A DNA stretch of 64,000 bases from the NCBI GenBank assembly GCA_963422645.2, contig CAXXVO010000008.1, forward strand, positions 626,510 to 690,509, written 5' to 3'. The notes under the pieces are model-generated. The model was not told where the DNA came from. It was given only the letters and a program-made list of their open reading frames with translations, and did not search any database. Both the position numbers and the translations under genes were made by a program. Below, in pieces: positions 20,044-30,318 of the stretch (its first letter is position 1; each line of letters begins with the position of its first letter). This stretch comes from Alphaproteobacteria bacterium. GTDB lineage: Bacteria; Pseudomonadota; Alphaproteobacteria; UBA828.

Positions 20044-20847
20044 ATGGAACTCGCGAACTCACCGATGGACGAGCGCCAGCGGATCTACCGTGAGGTCTAC
20101 CGGGAGCGCATCGCGGCCTGGTACAACGGCTATCTGCACGTCGCGATCATCTACCTCATCGGCGCCTGCGCGCTCTACGTCTGTCTCTCCCATCTCGGGA
20201 ACCTGCAGTGGTGGGAGTGGCTCACGATCCCCGTGGTGCTGCTGGCGAGCAACATCTTCGAGTGGCTGCTCCATGTCCAGGTGATGCACCGGCCGCGCAA
20301 GTGGAAGGGCTTCCGCGCCATCTACACGCGTCACATGCTCATGCACCACCAGTTCTTCACCGACAAGGAGATGCGCTTCGCCGGCCAGCACGACTGGCGG
20401 GTGACCGTCTTCCCGCCCTACGCGCTTGTCGTGTTCATCCTGATGTCGACGCCGCCGGCTCTGGTCGCGGGCTTTGTCATCTCGGCGAACGTGGGCTGGC
20501 TCGTCATCGCCACCACGACCAGTCTCTATCTGCTCTACGAGTTCATGCACTTCTGCTGCCACATCGACGAGAACCGCTTCGTGCGCTACTGCCCCTTCGT
20601 GAACACGATCCGGCGCCACCACGCGGCGCACCACGACCAGTCGATCATGATGGAGCGCAACATGAACCTGACCTTCCCCATCGCGGACTGGATGTTCGGT
20701 ACGTCGGACCTCGATCGCGGCCTGCTCGGGCACCTCTTCAACGGCTATTCGACGAAGTACGTGAAGACCGACATGCGCAAGAGTGCCAGGACGCCGAAGG
20801 TGAAGGCACGCTCCCCGGTCGATGCAGCGGTCGGCAGCCCCGCCTGA
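20044..20847 (+). CDS. Fatty acid hydroxylase/sterol desaturase family membrane di-iron enzyme
   Basis: His boxes HVQVMH, HMLMHH, HFCCH, HHAAHH; TM segments. Confidence 0.88.
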   Translation: MELANSPMDERQRIYREVYRERIAAWYNGYLHVAIIYLIGACALYVCLSHLGNLQWWEWLTIPVVLLASNIFEWLLHVQVMHRPRKWKGFRAIYTRHMLMHHQFFTDKEMRFAGQHDWRVTVFPPYALVVFILMSTPPALVAGFVISANVGWLVIATTTSLYLLYEFMHFCCHIDENRFVRYCPFVNTIRRHHAAHHDQSIMMERNMNLTFPIADWMFGTSDLDRGLLGHLFNGYSTKYVKTDMRKSARTPKVKARSPVDAAVGSPA

Positions 20848-21063
20848 GGCCGACGCGCCCACGGGCGCCTGAAGACGGATTCGCATGACTAGCGGCGGCG
20901 CCGGATTCCGGTGCCGCCGCAGCGCGCTTTCCGGCCCGACGCCGCCTGCTCCTCTCCCCTTCGCGTCGAATGGACGGACCCCGCCCTCAGGCCGCGCAAA
21001 CCACCGCTCTCGGCAAACTCTGGTAACGTGCCCCGCAGACCACCTCGAGCCAGGAGAAGGGCC

Positions 21064-21966
21064 ATGACCAGCCACGCGACCGGGGACGGAGGCATTCCGC
21101 CGAGAGATGCTGCGGCGCGCGGGCTGAAGCGGATCATGACGCTCGGTGGTGCGTACGGGACCCGCAACTACACCGTGAAGGACCTGCGCGATCAGAAGGG
21201 AAAGCGCGTGCTGGTGGAGACCCTGCCCTTCTCCCCGGAGGAAGCAGCCGCCGCCGAGGAGGCCGGCATCGATACCATGAAGACGCGCTTCGACCCCCGC
21301 CAACCCGATCTCGCGGCGGCGATCCGGCGCGCGGCCCCCAACACGTTCATGGCCTTTTCCGTACCGCTCGTTGCCGCCGCGAGCGAGGTCGAAGCGGTCC
21401 GCATCGGCTACGATGCGATGGCGCACGGGGCGGACGCGATCATGTGCCAGTGGAGCCCCCGCTTCGTGGCGGCAGCAGCCGACGCGGGCATTCCGATCCA
21501 GGGCCACGCGGGGCTGGTCCCCCGAAAGAGCACCTGGACCGGGGGCTTGCGTGCAGTCGGAAAGACCCTCGACGAAGCCATGTGGGTGTACCGCGAGATC
21601 GAGGCCCTCGAGAACGCCGGCGCCTACGCGGTGGAAGTCGAGGTCATCCCCGCTCAACTGCTGGTCGAGATCAGCAAGCGCACGCGGCTCCTCACCTCTT
21701 CCATCGGGGCTGGCAGCGGCGGGGATATCCAGTTTCTCTTCGCCGACGATATCCTCGGCAACAATCCGCCCCCCTACCCCCGGCACTCGAAGCAGTACCG
21801 GCACCTCTACAAGATGAAGGAAGCAATGCAGGCCGAGCGGGTGGCCGGATTCCGGGAGTTCGTCGCCGATGTCCACGAGGGCCGCTTCCCCGGACCGGAG
21901 CACATCGTCAACGCCTCGGACAACCTCGTCGACTCCTTCGTCGATGCGGTGGAGTCCGGTGGTTGA
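21064..21966 (+). CDS. PanB-like (ketopantoate hydroxymethyltransferase family) protein, divergent
   Basis: GHAGLVP, GGLRAVGKT, EVEVIP, IGAG..GDIQ.L...DILG, RHSKQY motifs; canonical LVGDS absent. Confidence 0.75.
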   Translation: MTSHATGDGGIPPRDAAARGLKRIMTLGGAYGTRNYTVKDLRDQKGKRVLVETLPFSPEEAAAAEEAGIDTMKTRFDPRQPDLAAAIRRAAPNTFMAFSVPLVAAASEVEAVRIGYDAMAHGADAIMCQWSPRFVAAAADAGIPIQGHAGLVPRKSTWTGGLRAVGKTLDEAMWVYREIEALENAGAYAVEVEVIPAQLLVEISKRTRLLTSSIGAGSGGDIQFLFADDILGNNPPPYPRHSKQYRHLYKMKEAMQAERVAGFREFVADVHEGRFPGPEHIVNASDNLVDSFVDAVESGG

Positions 21967-21996
21967 ACAGCCCCCGATAACGCAGGAGACAAATCG

Positions 21997-22845
21997 TTGA
22001 GCGAAGCGCAGACAAGCAAAGGGCAGGCATTCAAGGACCTGCATTCGGCCGACGGCATATTCGTGATGCCGAACGCATGGAACGCCGGCGGCGCCTACAT
22101 GCTGCAAGCAGCGGGTTTTCCCGCCGTCGGCACCAGTAGCGCGGGGATCGCATTCGGTCTCGGTCTCCCCGATTACGAAGGCGTGCTCACCCGGCAAGCG
22201 GCGCTGGAGGAGACCGCACGGATTGCAGGCGCGCTTCGGATACCCGTCAGCATGGATGCGGAAAACGGCTACGGACATACGCCGGAAGAGGTGACCGATA
22301 CCATCCGCCGGGCGGCCGAGACCGGCGTGGTGGGGGCCAGCATCGAGGACTATGCCGCCGCCTACGGCACAGGCGATCTTTATGATCGGGCGCTAGCGGT
22401 GGAGAGGATCGAGGCTGCGGCGACCGCCGCCGCCTCCCTTCCCTTTCCATTCACGCTGACGGCGCGAGCCGAATGTTATCTCATGGGGCATCCGAACCCC
22501 TTCGAGGAATCGGTGACACGGGTCAACATGTACCGTGAAGCGGGTGCGGACTGCCTCTATGTCCCCGGCGTCAAGGACCCCGAGACCATCGGCAGGCTGG
22601 TGAAGGAAGTCGACGGGCCGGTCAACGTGGTCATGGGTCTTGCCGGCAGTCCGATGAGCGTGGGCCAGCTCAAGGACCTGGGCGTGAAGCGGGTGAGCAT
22701 CGGTGGCTCGCTCGCCCGGGCCACGTTTGGCCTGATCCGTCGGGCAGCGGAAGAAATGCGTGACCGCGGCACCTTTACCTATTCCGAAGAGCAGGTGCCG
22801 AACGGCGAACTTTGCCGCTTCTTTGACGAACAGCGGGGCTCATGA
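21997..22845 (+). CDS. Isocitrate lyase/PEP mutase family protein
   Basis: PNAWNAG, GTSSAG, DAENGYG, SIED, TARAE, YREAGADC motifs. Confidence 0.9.
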   Translation: MSEAQTSKGQAFKDLHSADGIFVMPNAWNAGGAYMLQAAGFPAVGTSSAGIAFGLGLPDYEGVLTRQAALEETARIAGALRIPVSMDAENGYGHTPEEVTDTIRRAAETGVVGASIEDYAAAYGTGDLYDRALAVERIEAAATAAASLPFPFTLTARAECYLMGHPNPFEESVTRVNMYREAGADCLYVPGVKDPETIGRLVKEVDGPVNVVMGLAGSPMSVGQLKDLGVKRVSIGGSLARATFGLIRRAAEEMRDRGTFTYSEEQVPNGELCRFFDEQRGS

Positions 22846-23067
22846 GCCCCGTAAGCGGGCGCGACCGTGGTTAGAAACAACAGTTACGTCTTGTTCCTGC
22901 TGATGCTCGTACTTGCTTAGGAGTACTCGGATACCGCTGTAACATTGGGTTTTGGCCGATATCCGACGATCCTGAAAGGCCAGGAGAGGTCAGGAACACC
23001 CCTGAAGTTACTCTCATGTGTTGTGGTTGGTGTTGATTGCGATCCCAAGCCATGCCATCATGCCCGC

Positions 23068-24336
23068 ATGCCAAATTCCGGGAAGCGCGTCGCGCGCGTC
23101 AAGCTCACCATCGCCAAGCGCGCCATCGACAGCCTCGAGCCCGCCAACAAGCCATGGATCGCCTGGGATGACAAGCTGACAGGCTATGGCGTCCTCGTGC
23201 ACCCCTCGGGCGTCAAGTCCTACATCGTCAACTACCGCCTGGGCGCGGGCGGCAGGACGGCGCCCAACAAGCGCCTCGTCATCGGACGCTGTGACAGGAT
23301 GGCGGCCGAGCAGGCGCGGCGCGAGGCCCACAGGCTGCTCGGCATGGTCGCCATGGGCGAGGACCCGGCGGCCGAGCGCGCGAGGAGCCGGCGCATGCCC
23401 CCGCTCAGGCAGGCCTTCGAGCAGTACATGAGGGCCAATCCCAAGCGCAAGGCGAGCACCAACGAGTCCTACCGCGACCGCTTCGAGCGGCCGCTCGCCG
23501 ACTGGCTTGCCCGTCCCCTCGACGCCATTACCCGGAGCGACGTGGAGGACCGTTTCAACCGCATCACCGAGAAGCATGGCTGGGCGACGGCCAACCAGTG
23601 CATCTCGCTCTTGCGCTCGGTCTATCGCCGGCCCTGCGTGGACATCGAGGGACTGGCCAATCCGGTCGACCTCTGGCTCGCAGGCGGCGGGAGGTTCCAT
23701 CCCAAGCCGCGCCGCAAGATCCCGCCACCGGCGGAGGTCCTTCCGTGCTGGCGGAAGGGGATCGAGGCCGTAGTGAGCAACCCCGCCCTTCGCGACGTGT
23801 TCTGGTTCGGCATGTACACCGGCATGCGGCTCGGCGAGGTGCTGCCGCTCCGATGGGAGCGTGTGGACAGGGAGGCGCTCGTCTTCCGCGTGGATGAGAC
23901 CAAGACGGGCGCGCCGCTGGAGCTGCCCATCACCCGGCAGCTGGCAGCCATTCTCGATCGCCGGTGGGCCGAGAGCGGCCACCTGCCGGGCGGTTGGGTG
24001 TTTTCCTCTGCCTCCAGCCGCACGGGCTATTTCGTGAAGTTGACCTATTTCCATCGCCGCATCAGCGAGGCAGGTGGCGCAAAATTCTGGTTCCACGGGC
24101 TGCGCAACTGCTTCATCACGGTGGCCGAGCGCGAGTTGATGCTCCCGCACGCCCTGACCAAGCGGCTGGTGAACCACGCGCCGCCCAACGACGTCACCGA
24201 GGGGTACGCCGCCGACTGGACGATCGGGCAGCTGCGCGGGCCGGCTCAGCGCATAGCGGATTGCATCGAGGCCTTAATGATAAGTGCAGACTCCGAGCGT
24301 ATCTGCGGCGAATGGGCGGCGGTCGGGTCCTCATAA
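23068..24336 (+). CDS. Tyrosine integrase with arm-DNA-binding N-terminal domain
   Basis: WDDKLTG.G...SGVKSY arm domain; TGMRLGE, HGLR, NH...T.GY catalytic residues. Confidence 0.92.
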   Translation: MPNSGKRVARVKLTIAKRAIDSLEPANKPWIAWDDKLTGYGVLVHPSGVKSYIVNYRLGAGGRTAPNKRLVIGRCDRMAAEQARREAHRLLGMVAMGEDPAAERARSRRMPPLRQAFEQYMRANPKRKASTNESYRDRFERPLADWLARPLDAITRSDVEDRFNRITEKHGWATANQCISLLRSVYRRPCVDIEGLANPVDLWLAGGGRFHPKPRRKIPPPAEVLPCWRKGIEAVVSNPALRDVFWFGMYTGMRLGEVLPLRWERVDREALVFRVDETKTGAPLELPITRQLAAILDRRWAESGHLPGGWVFSSASSRTGYFVKLTYFHRRISEAGGAKFWFHGLRNCFITVAERELMLPHALTKRLVNHAPPNDVTEGYAADWTIGQLRGPAQRIADCIEALMISADSERICGEWAAVGSS

Positions 24337-24374
24337 CCTGAAGGTCGCAGGTTCAAATCCTACCCCCGCAACCA
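24330..24374 (+). other. att site: 3' half of tRNA-fMet (CAT)
   Basis: CTCATAACCTGAAGGTCGCAGGTTCAAATCCTACCCCCGCAACCA; no 5' half upstream. Confidence 0.85.
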
Positions 24375-24871
24375 AAACCGGCCGAAAATACCCCGCTAAC
24401 ACAGATGGTTAGCGGAGTATTTCAATTCAAACCAAAATGGAGCGGTTTTCTTCAGGCACCATATCGGTACCACTTTTTTGTAATCTCCAGACCGCTCCTG
24501 ACCACCAACAACGGTAACGGTTCCGTTGTGCCGTTAGAAGTTGACGGGGGTAGGGGCGGAAAACGGCCGCTGAGGTAGGAGATCGGCCGGCTGAGCGCGC
24601 CATCCACGCCTGCCGGTCGTATGATTCCACGGTACAACCGAACCGATACCAACAACGGCGGAGTTCGGCTGGCCCTGCTGACGGCCGGTGGACATTGCAG
24701 AACGGGCGCGGCGCGGCGATCCCCCATATGTTTGACTGCGGTTTCGATGGCAACGGTCATTCCGAGCCGCCGCCGCTATGGCATCGCGGCTCGGACTCGG
24801 GCATGTTCGGCCCGGTTGTAATGATCGCGCCGGCCTGGAACCGGCGGGAGGCGGGACGCAGGAAGCACGCG

Positions 24872-27301
24872 TTGAAGCGCAAGGACCCCGATAAAGACGA
24901 AGCCGCGGAGATTCGCGAGCGTCTCGCACGGCTCGCGGCCGAAAGGGCGAAGCTTGAGGAGCGGCTTGCCAAGATCGAGGTCAGGAGCCCTGCCCCACCG
25001 GACGGCAACACGCCCGGGTGGCGAGTGACCGAACGTTCGCCGGCGAGCCGGAAGATCGCGCTGTTCCGGTCGCTCTTTCGCGGACGCGACGACGTGTTCC
25101 CCAGGCGCTGGGAGAACGCCCGGACCGGAAAGTCGGGCTATGCGCCCGTCTGTGGCAACGAGTGGAAGCCGCGCGTGTGCGGCAAGCCCAGGATCCGGTG
25201 CGGCGCCTGTCCCACTCAGGCCTTCCTTCCGATGACTGACGAGGTGATCGACGGGCATCTGCGCGGCCGCCACACGATCGGCGTCTATCCCATGCTGCCG
25301 GAAGGCAGCTGCCGGTTTCTCGCCGCCGATTTCGACAAGGAGACATGGCAGTCGGATGCGGGCGCTTTCCTTGCTGCCTGCCGGTCGAAGCGCGTGCCCG
25401 CGGCGTTGGAACGCTCGCGTTCGGGGAATGGCGGCCATGTCTGGATGTTCTTCGCTGAGCCGGTGCCCGCGGCGCTCGCCCGGCGCCTCGGCGCTCATCT
25501 GCTGACCGAGGCAATGGAGAGCAACCCAGACATCGGCTTCCAGTCCTACGACCGGTTCTTTCCGAGCCAGGACACGCTGCCCGACGGGGGGTTCGGCAAC
25601 CTCATCGCACTGCCCTTGCAGGGCGGTCCGCGCGAGCGGGGTAACAGCCTGTTCCTCGACGACGGATTCGCGCCGCATCCCGATCAGTGGACGTTTCTGT
25701 CTTCGCTCCGCCGCATGACGCTGGCGGAGGCCACCGCAATCGCCGACGAAGCCAGCCGGCAGGGCCGGGTTGTCGGGCTGCGCCTGCCACAGGATGAGGA
25801 GGACAAGGAGCCCTGGACCGCACCGCCCTCGCGGCGCCGGCCGAAGCCCACGATCGCCGGTTCGCTGCCCGAACGGATCGACACGGTCCTGGGGGACCAG
25901 CTCTACGTTCCGCGTGCCGGATTGCCGCCGGGGCTGGTCAACCGGATCGTCCGCCTCGCGGCGTTCCAGAACCCGGAGTTCTATCGGGCGCAGGCGATGC
26001 GGCGTTCGACCTTCGACATTCCCCGCATCGTGGCCTGCGCCGAACTCCTGTCCCACCACATCGCGCTGCCGCGCGGCTGCTACCCGGTACTGGAGCAATT
26101 GCTCGACGATCTCGGTATCGGCGTTCGCCTGCGCGACGAACGCAACTCCGGCCGCGCCGTCGAGACAGCCTTTCTCGGCGAGTTGACCGCGGAGCAGAAC
26201 GCAGCCTCCGAGGCGCTTCTCGCGCACGAGACCGGCGTGCTGGCGGCGGCAACCGGGTTCGGCAAGACGGTGATCGCCGCATCCGTCATCGCCGCCCGCG
26301 GCGTCAATACGCTCGTCCTGGTTCATCGGCGCCAACTCATGGATCAATGGATCGCCAGGCTCGGCGCGTTCCTCGATCTTCCGAAATCCGCCATCGGGCA
26401 GATCGGGGGCGGCAAGCACAAGCCGGGCGGCATCGTTGATGTCGGCATGCTGCAGAGCCTCGTGCGCGACAACGAGGTGGATGATATCGTCGCCGATTAC
26501 GGACATCTCGTGATCGACGAGTGCCACCACCTCTCCGCCGTCAGCTTCGAGGCGGTGGCGCGCCGCGCGAAGGCCCGGTACGTGCTGGGGTTGTCGGCGA
26601 CAGTCACCCGCCGGGACGGCCACCATCCGATCGTCTTCATGCAGTGCGGCCCAGTCCGGTTCCGGGTGAGCGCGAAGGCGGAAGCCTGCCGCCGTCCTTT
26701 CAGGCACCGGGCGCTCCTGCGGCCGACCTCGTTCCGGCTGCCCGAAGGCATCGACGGGGAGCGTCCGCCGATCCAACAGGTGTACGCCGCTCTGGCAGAG
26801 GACGAAGATCGCAACGCGCTGATCTTCGACGATGTGCTGACGGCGCTCGAGGCGGGGCGCTCGCCGATCCTGCTCACCGAACGCAAGGACCATGCCGGCC
26901 GCCTCGCCCAGAGCCTCGGACGCTTCGCGCGCAACGTGCTGGTTCTCCGTGGAGGTATGGGGGCGAAACAGCGCCGCGAGATCATGCAGCGTCTCGAGGA
27001 CATTCCCGATCATGAGGAACGGGTTCTGGTGGCGACCGGGCGCTATGTCGGGGAAGGGTTCGACGACGCCCGCCTCGACACGCTGTTCCTGATGATGCCG
27101 GTCTCGTGGAAGGGAACGCTCGCCCAGTATGTCGGACGGCTTCACCGGCTACACCCGGTGAAGCGCGAGGTGCTGGTCTACGACTATGTCGACGACGCCG
27201 TGCCGGCGCTTCGGCGCATGGGCGGAAAGCGGATCCGGGGTTACGAGAGTCTCGGTTACAGAGTAGAGAGGCCCGGCACCCTTACTCACGCCGGAACGTG
27301 A
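24872..27301 (+). CDS. AEP/TOTE-type primase-like domain fused to an SF2 (ResIII-like) helicase
   Basis: LFRGRDDVF..RW, LAADFD, ERSRSGNGGHVW, GNLIALPLQ; ATGFGKT, IDECHH, LSAT, QYVGRLHR; start uncertain (frame open from 24695). Confidence 0.85.
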   Translation: MKRKDPDKDEAAEIRERLARLAAERAKLEERLAKIEVRSPAPPDGNTPGWRVTERSPASRKIALFRSLFRGRDDVFPRRWENARTGKSGYAPVCGNEWKPRVCGKPRIRCGACPTQAFLPMTDEVIDGHLRGRHTIGVYPMLPEGSCRFLAADFDKETWQSDAGAFLAACRSKRVPAALERSRSGNGGHVWMFFAEPVPAALARRLGAHLLTEAMESNPDIGFQSYDRFFPSQDTLPDGGFGNLIALPLQGGPRERGNSLFLDDGFAPHPDQWTFLSSLRRMTLAEATAIADEASRQGRVVGLRLPQDEEDKEPWTAPPSRRRPKPTIAGSLPERIDTVLGDQLYVPRAGLPPGLVNRIVRLAAFQNPEFYRAQAMRRSTFDIPRIVACAELLSHHIALPRGCYPVLEQLLDDLGIGVRLRDERNSGRAVETAFLGELTAEQNAASEALLAHETGVLAAATGFGKTVIAASVIAARGVNTLVLVHRRQLMDQWIARLGAFLDLPKSAIGQIGGGKHKPGGIVDVGMLQSLVRDNEVDDIVADYGHLVIDECHHLSAVSFEAVARRAKARYVLGLSATVTRRDGHHPIVFMQCGPVRFRVSAKAEACRRPFRHRALLRPTSFRLPEGIDGERPPIQQVYAALAEDEDRNALIFDDVLTALEAGRSPILLTERKDHAGRLAQSLGRFARNVLVLRGGMGAKQRREIMQRLEDIPDHEERVLVATGRYVGEGFDDARLDTLFLMMPVSWKGTLAQYVGRLHRLHPVKREVLVYDYVDDAVPALRRMGGKRIRGYESLGYRVERPGTLTHAGT

Positions 27302-27368
27302 GATTGTACACGCGGAAGGTGCATGGCGACCACGCCGGTGTCACTGCGGTGGGTATCTCGGATCGTAC

Positions 27369-27655
27369 CGTGCCTATCCGGTTGTCTCCCACATCCACCA
27401 TATGTAGGGTGCGACGGGGGTGCCTCGGGAGGCGGGCGACGCGGGGATGGACGTACTGGAACGCAAAACTCTCTCGTTTCCGCGATCGCTTCCGGAGTTC
27501 CAGCGACTTTTCCCGGACGACACGGCCTGCGCCGCCTATCTGGAGAGGGCGCGGTGGGGTGACGGGTTCGTCTGCCCCCACCTACGCCCAACTCTATGCG
27601 GGCGATTGGCAGCACCCTACATATGGTGGATGTGGGAGATAACCGGATAGGCACG
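27369..27655 (+). mobile_element. 287-bp IS1595-derived MITE
   Basis: ~44-bp TIRs, 8-bp TSD GATCGTAC (27361-27368 / 27656-27663), retains transposase N-terminus FPRSLPEFQRLFPDDTACAAYLERARWGDGFVCP. Confidence 0.9.
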
Positions 27656-27877
27656 GATCGTACGTCTCACCCTTCCGCTCGGATGGTCCGCGTAAGATTG
27701 TCGCGTAGTGTCAAAGGACCGATCCGGTCTGGTGGTTTGCGATGGTCGATGACGAGGAGCTCAGTAACCATCCGGCATAGGCCGCCTGTTCTGATGGCGA
27801 GAGATTGGGCAGGCTGAGCGATCGGGTAGTGGGCACTTCGGAAGTGTCCACTTACGGCTAAGTGGACACGATCGCTG

Positions 27878-28306
27878 ATGTCGGATGTTGAGGAGAAGTC
27901 GGGCGCGGAGAGGGGCGGGGTGGTTCGTCGCCGGCGCCGTCGGTGGAGCGAGGCGCAGAAGCGGCAGATCGTGGCGGAGACCCACGAGCCTGGTGTTTCG
28001 GTGCCGATGGTCGCCCAGCGCTACAACGTCAACGCCAATCAGGTGTTTGCATGGCGGCGGCTGTTTCGCGAGCCGGCGCGCGATACCGGGATCGACGGGT
28101 TCGTGCCTGTGGTCGTCGGAACAGCGCCAGGTCACGAGGTGGGTGCGGCGACGATGCACCCGCCCTCCGACGATCCTGTAGCGGCGGGTCCGCCGGCGAC
28201 GGGCCGGATGGAGATCGTGCTGGCGGGTGGCCGCCGGGTAATCGTCGACCGGGCGGTCGATGGCTCGGCGCTGGCGCGGGTACTTGCGGTCCTGGAGCAG
28301 CGATGA
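27878..28306 (+). CDS. tnpA: IS66 TnpA accessory protein (HTH)
   Basis: RRRWSEAQKRQIVAET..PG.SV..VA.RY.VNANQVFAWR. Confidence 0.9.
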   Translation: MSDVEEKSGAERGGVVRRRRRRWSEAQKRQIVAETHEPGVSVPMVAQRYNVNANQVFAWRRLFREPARDTGIDGFVPVVVGTAPGHEVGAATMHPPSDDPVAAGPPATGRMEIVLAGGRRVIVDRAVDGSALARVLAVLEQR

Positions 28307-28650
28307 TCCCTGTTCCGAGCGGCGTGCGGGTCTGGCTTGCGAGCGGTGTGACGGACATGCGACGCGGCATGAACACGCTGGCGCTTCAGGTTCAGCAGGA
28401 TCTCGGGCGCGATCCCCACGCGGGCGATCTTTCCGTCTTTCGAGGACGTAGAGGCGACCTGATCAAGATCCTCTGGCACGACGGTCTCGGCACCTCGCTC
28501 TACGCCAAGCGTCTGGAGCGGGGCCGCTTCCTGTGGCCGTCGTCGGCGTACGGGGCTGTGTCGGTCACTGCGGCGCAGTTCGGCTACCTGCTCGAAGGCA
28601 TCGACTGGCGCAACCCGGTTCGGACCTGGCGGCCGTCCCGGGCCGGTTGA
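28303..28650 (+). CDS. tnpB: IS66 TnpB accessory protein
   Basis: TDMRRG, FRGRRGDLIKILWHDG, YAKRLERGRF. Confidence 0.92.
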   Translation: MIPVPSGVRVWLASGVTDMRRGMNTLALQVQQDLGRDPHAGDLSVFRGRRGDLIKILWHDGLGTSLYAKRLERGRFLWPSSAYGAVSVTAAQFGYLLEGIDWRNPVRTWRPSRAG

Positions 28651-28729
28651 GCTGCGCCAAACGGTGGCCTGGGCGGCTTGGCCCAGCCAGGAATTGCCGG
28701 GAGACGGCGGATGTGATTCGCTTCCGGCC

Positions 28730-30318
28730 ATGACCGCCACCGATTCGCACGACACTGGAGCGCTCAAGGCGGCGCTCGCGGCATCCGAGGCCCGAGCGGC
28801 GGCGGCTGAAGCGCAGATCGCCGCGCTGACGCTGATATGATCGAGAAGCTCCGTCGCGCGCTCTACGGGCGGCGGTCTGAGCGCAGTGAGCGCCTGCTCG
28901 GCCAGCTGGAACTCGCCCTCGACGAACTCACGGCGAGCGCGACAGAGGACGAGCTGGCGGCTGAGAAGGCGGCGGCCGCGAGCACCGAGGTCAAGGGGTT
29001 CATCCGCCGCAAGCCGTCGCGCAAGCCGTTCCCCGACCACCTTCCGCGCGAGCGTGTGGTGGTGCCGGCGCCCACGGCCTGTGAGTGCTGCGGATCGGAC
29101 AGACTGTCGAAGGTCGGCGAGGATGTGACGGAGACGCTGGAGGTGATCCCCCGCCAGTGGAAGGTCGTCCAGACGGTGCGCGAGAAGTTCACCTGCCGGA
29201 GCTGCGAGAAGATCTCGCAACCGCCGGCACCGTTCCACGTGGTGCCGCGCGGCTGGGCGGGCCCGAACCTGCTGGCCATGATCCTGTTCGAGAAGTACGG
29301 GCAGCACCAGCCGCTCAACCGTCAGAGGGATCGCTACGCGAGAGAGGGCGTCGATCTCAGCCTGTCGACGCTGGCCGACCAGGTGGGAGCCTGCACGGTG
29401 GCTCTGAGGCCGCTGCACGACCTGATTGCGGCCCACGTGCTGGCGGCTTCGCGTCTGCACGGCGACGACACGACCGTGCCGGTGCTGGCCAAGAGCAAGA
29501 CCGACACCGCGCGGGCCTGGGTCTATGTGCGCGACGACGCGCCGTTCGCCGGTCCGGACCCGCCGGCGGCGCTGTTCCGCCACGCGCGGGATCGTTCCGG
29601 CGATCACCCGGTCGAGCAGTTGCGGACCTTCACCGGGATCCTGCAGGCCGACGCCTATGCCGGATACAGGCGGCTATACGAGCCGGGCCGATCGCCGGGG
29701 CCCGTGACCGAGGCGCTCTGTTGGGCGCACGGCAGGCGCAAGTTCTACGAGCTCGCCGACATCGCGGCGAACAAGAGGCGCGGCAAGCGCGCGCCGCCGA
29801 TCTCGCCGCTTGCGCTGGAGGCTGTGAAGCGGATCGACGCGCTGTTCGATATCGAGCGCGAGATCAACGGCGAGACTGCCGAGCGGCGCCTCGCGGTGCG
29901 CCGCGAGCGGAGCGTGCCGCTCGTCGCGGAGCTCGAGGACTGGATGCGGACCGAGCGTGCCGCGCTCTCGCGCCACGCCTCCGTGGCCAAGGCGATGGAT
30001 TACATGCTCAAGCGCTGGGACGGCTTCGCCCGCTTCCTCGACGACGGCCGCATCTGCCTGACCAACAACGCCGCCGAGCGGGCACTACGGCCCCTGTGCC
30101 TCGGAAGACGTTCCTGGCTCTTCGCCGGGTCCGATCGAGGCGGCGTGCGGGCCGCAGCCATGTACACCCTCATCGGCACCGCCAAGTTGAACGACATCGA
30201 CCCTCAGGCGTGGCTCGCCGACGTCCTCGACCGGATCGCCGACCTGCCGCAGACCCGGCTGCACGAAATCCTGCCCTGGAACTGGGAGGGCGAACAGCAG
30301 CAGGCCCTGGCGGCATAA
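28730..30318 (+). pseudogene. tnpC: IS66 TnpC DDE transposase with a +2 frameshift near 28835
   Basis: N-terminal coiled coil ends at CTGATATGA; HGDDT, QADAY, CWAH, NNAAERALR in the 28837-30318 frame. Confidence 0.85.

Noticed and set aside
24300-24374. Intact tRNA-Met gene
   Set aside because: The 5' acceptor strand and D-arm are absent; only the 3' half is present.
28303-28650. RNA-guided TnpB nuclease
   Set aside because: This is the 115-aa IS66 accessory TnpB, unrelated to IS200/IS605 TnpB.
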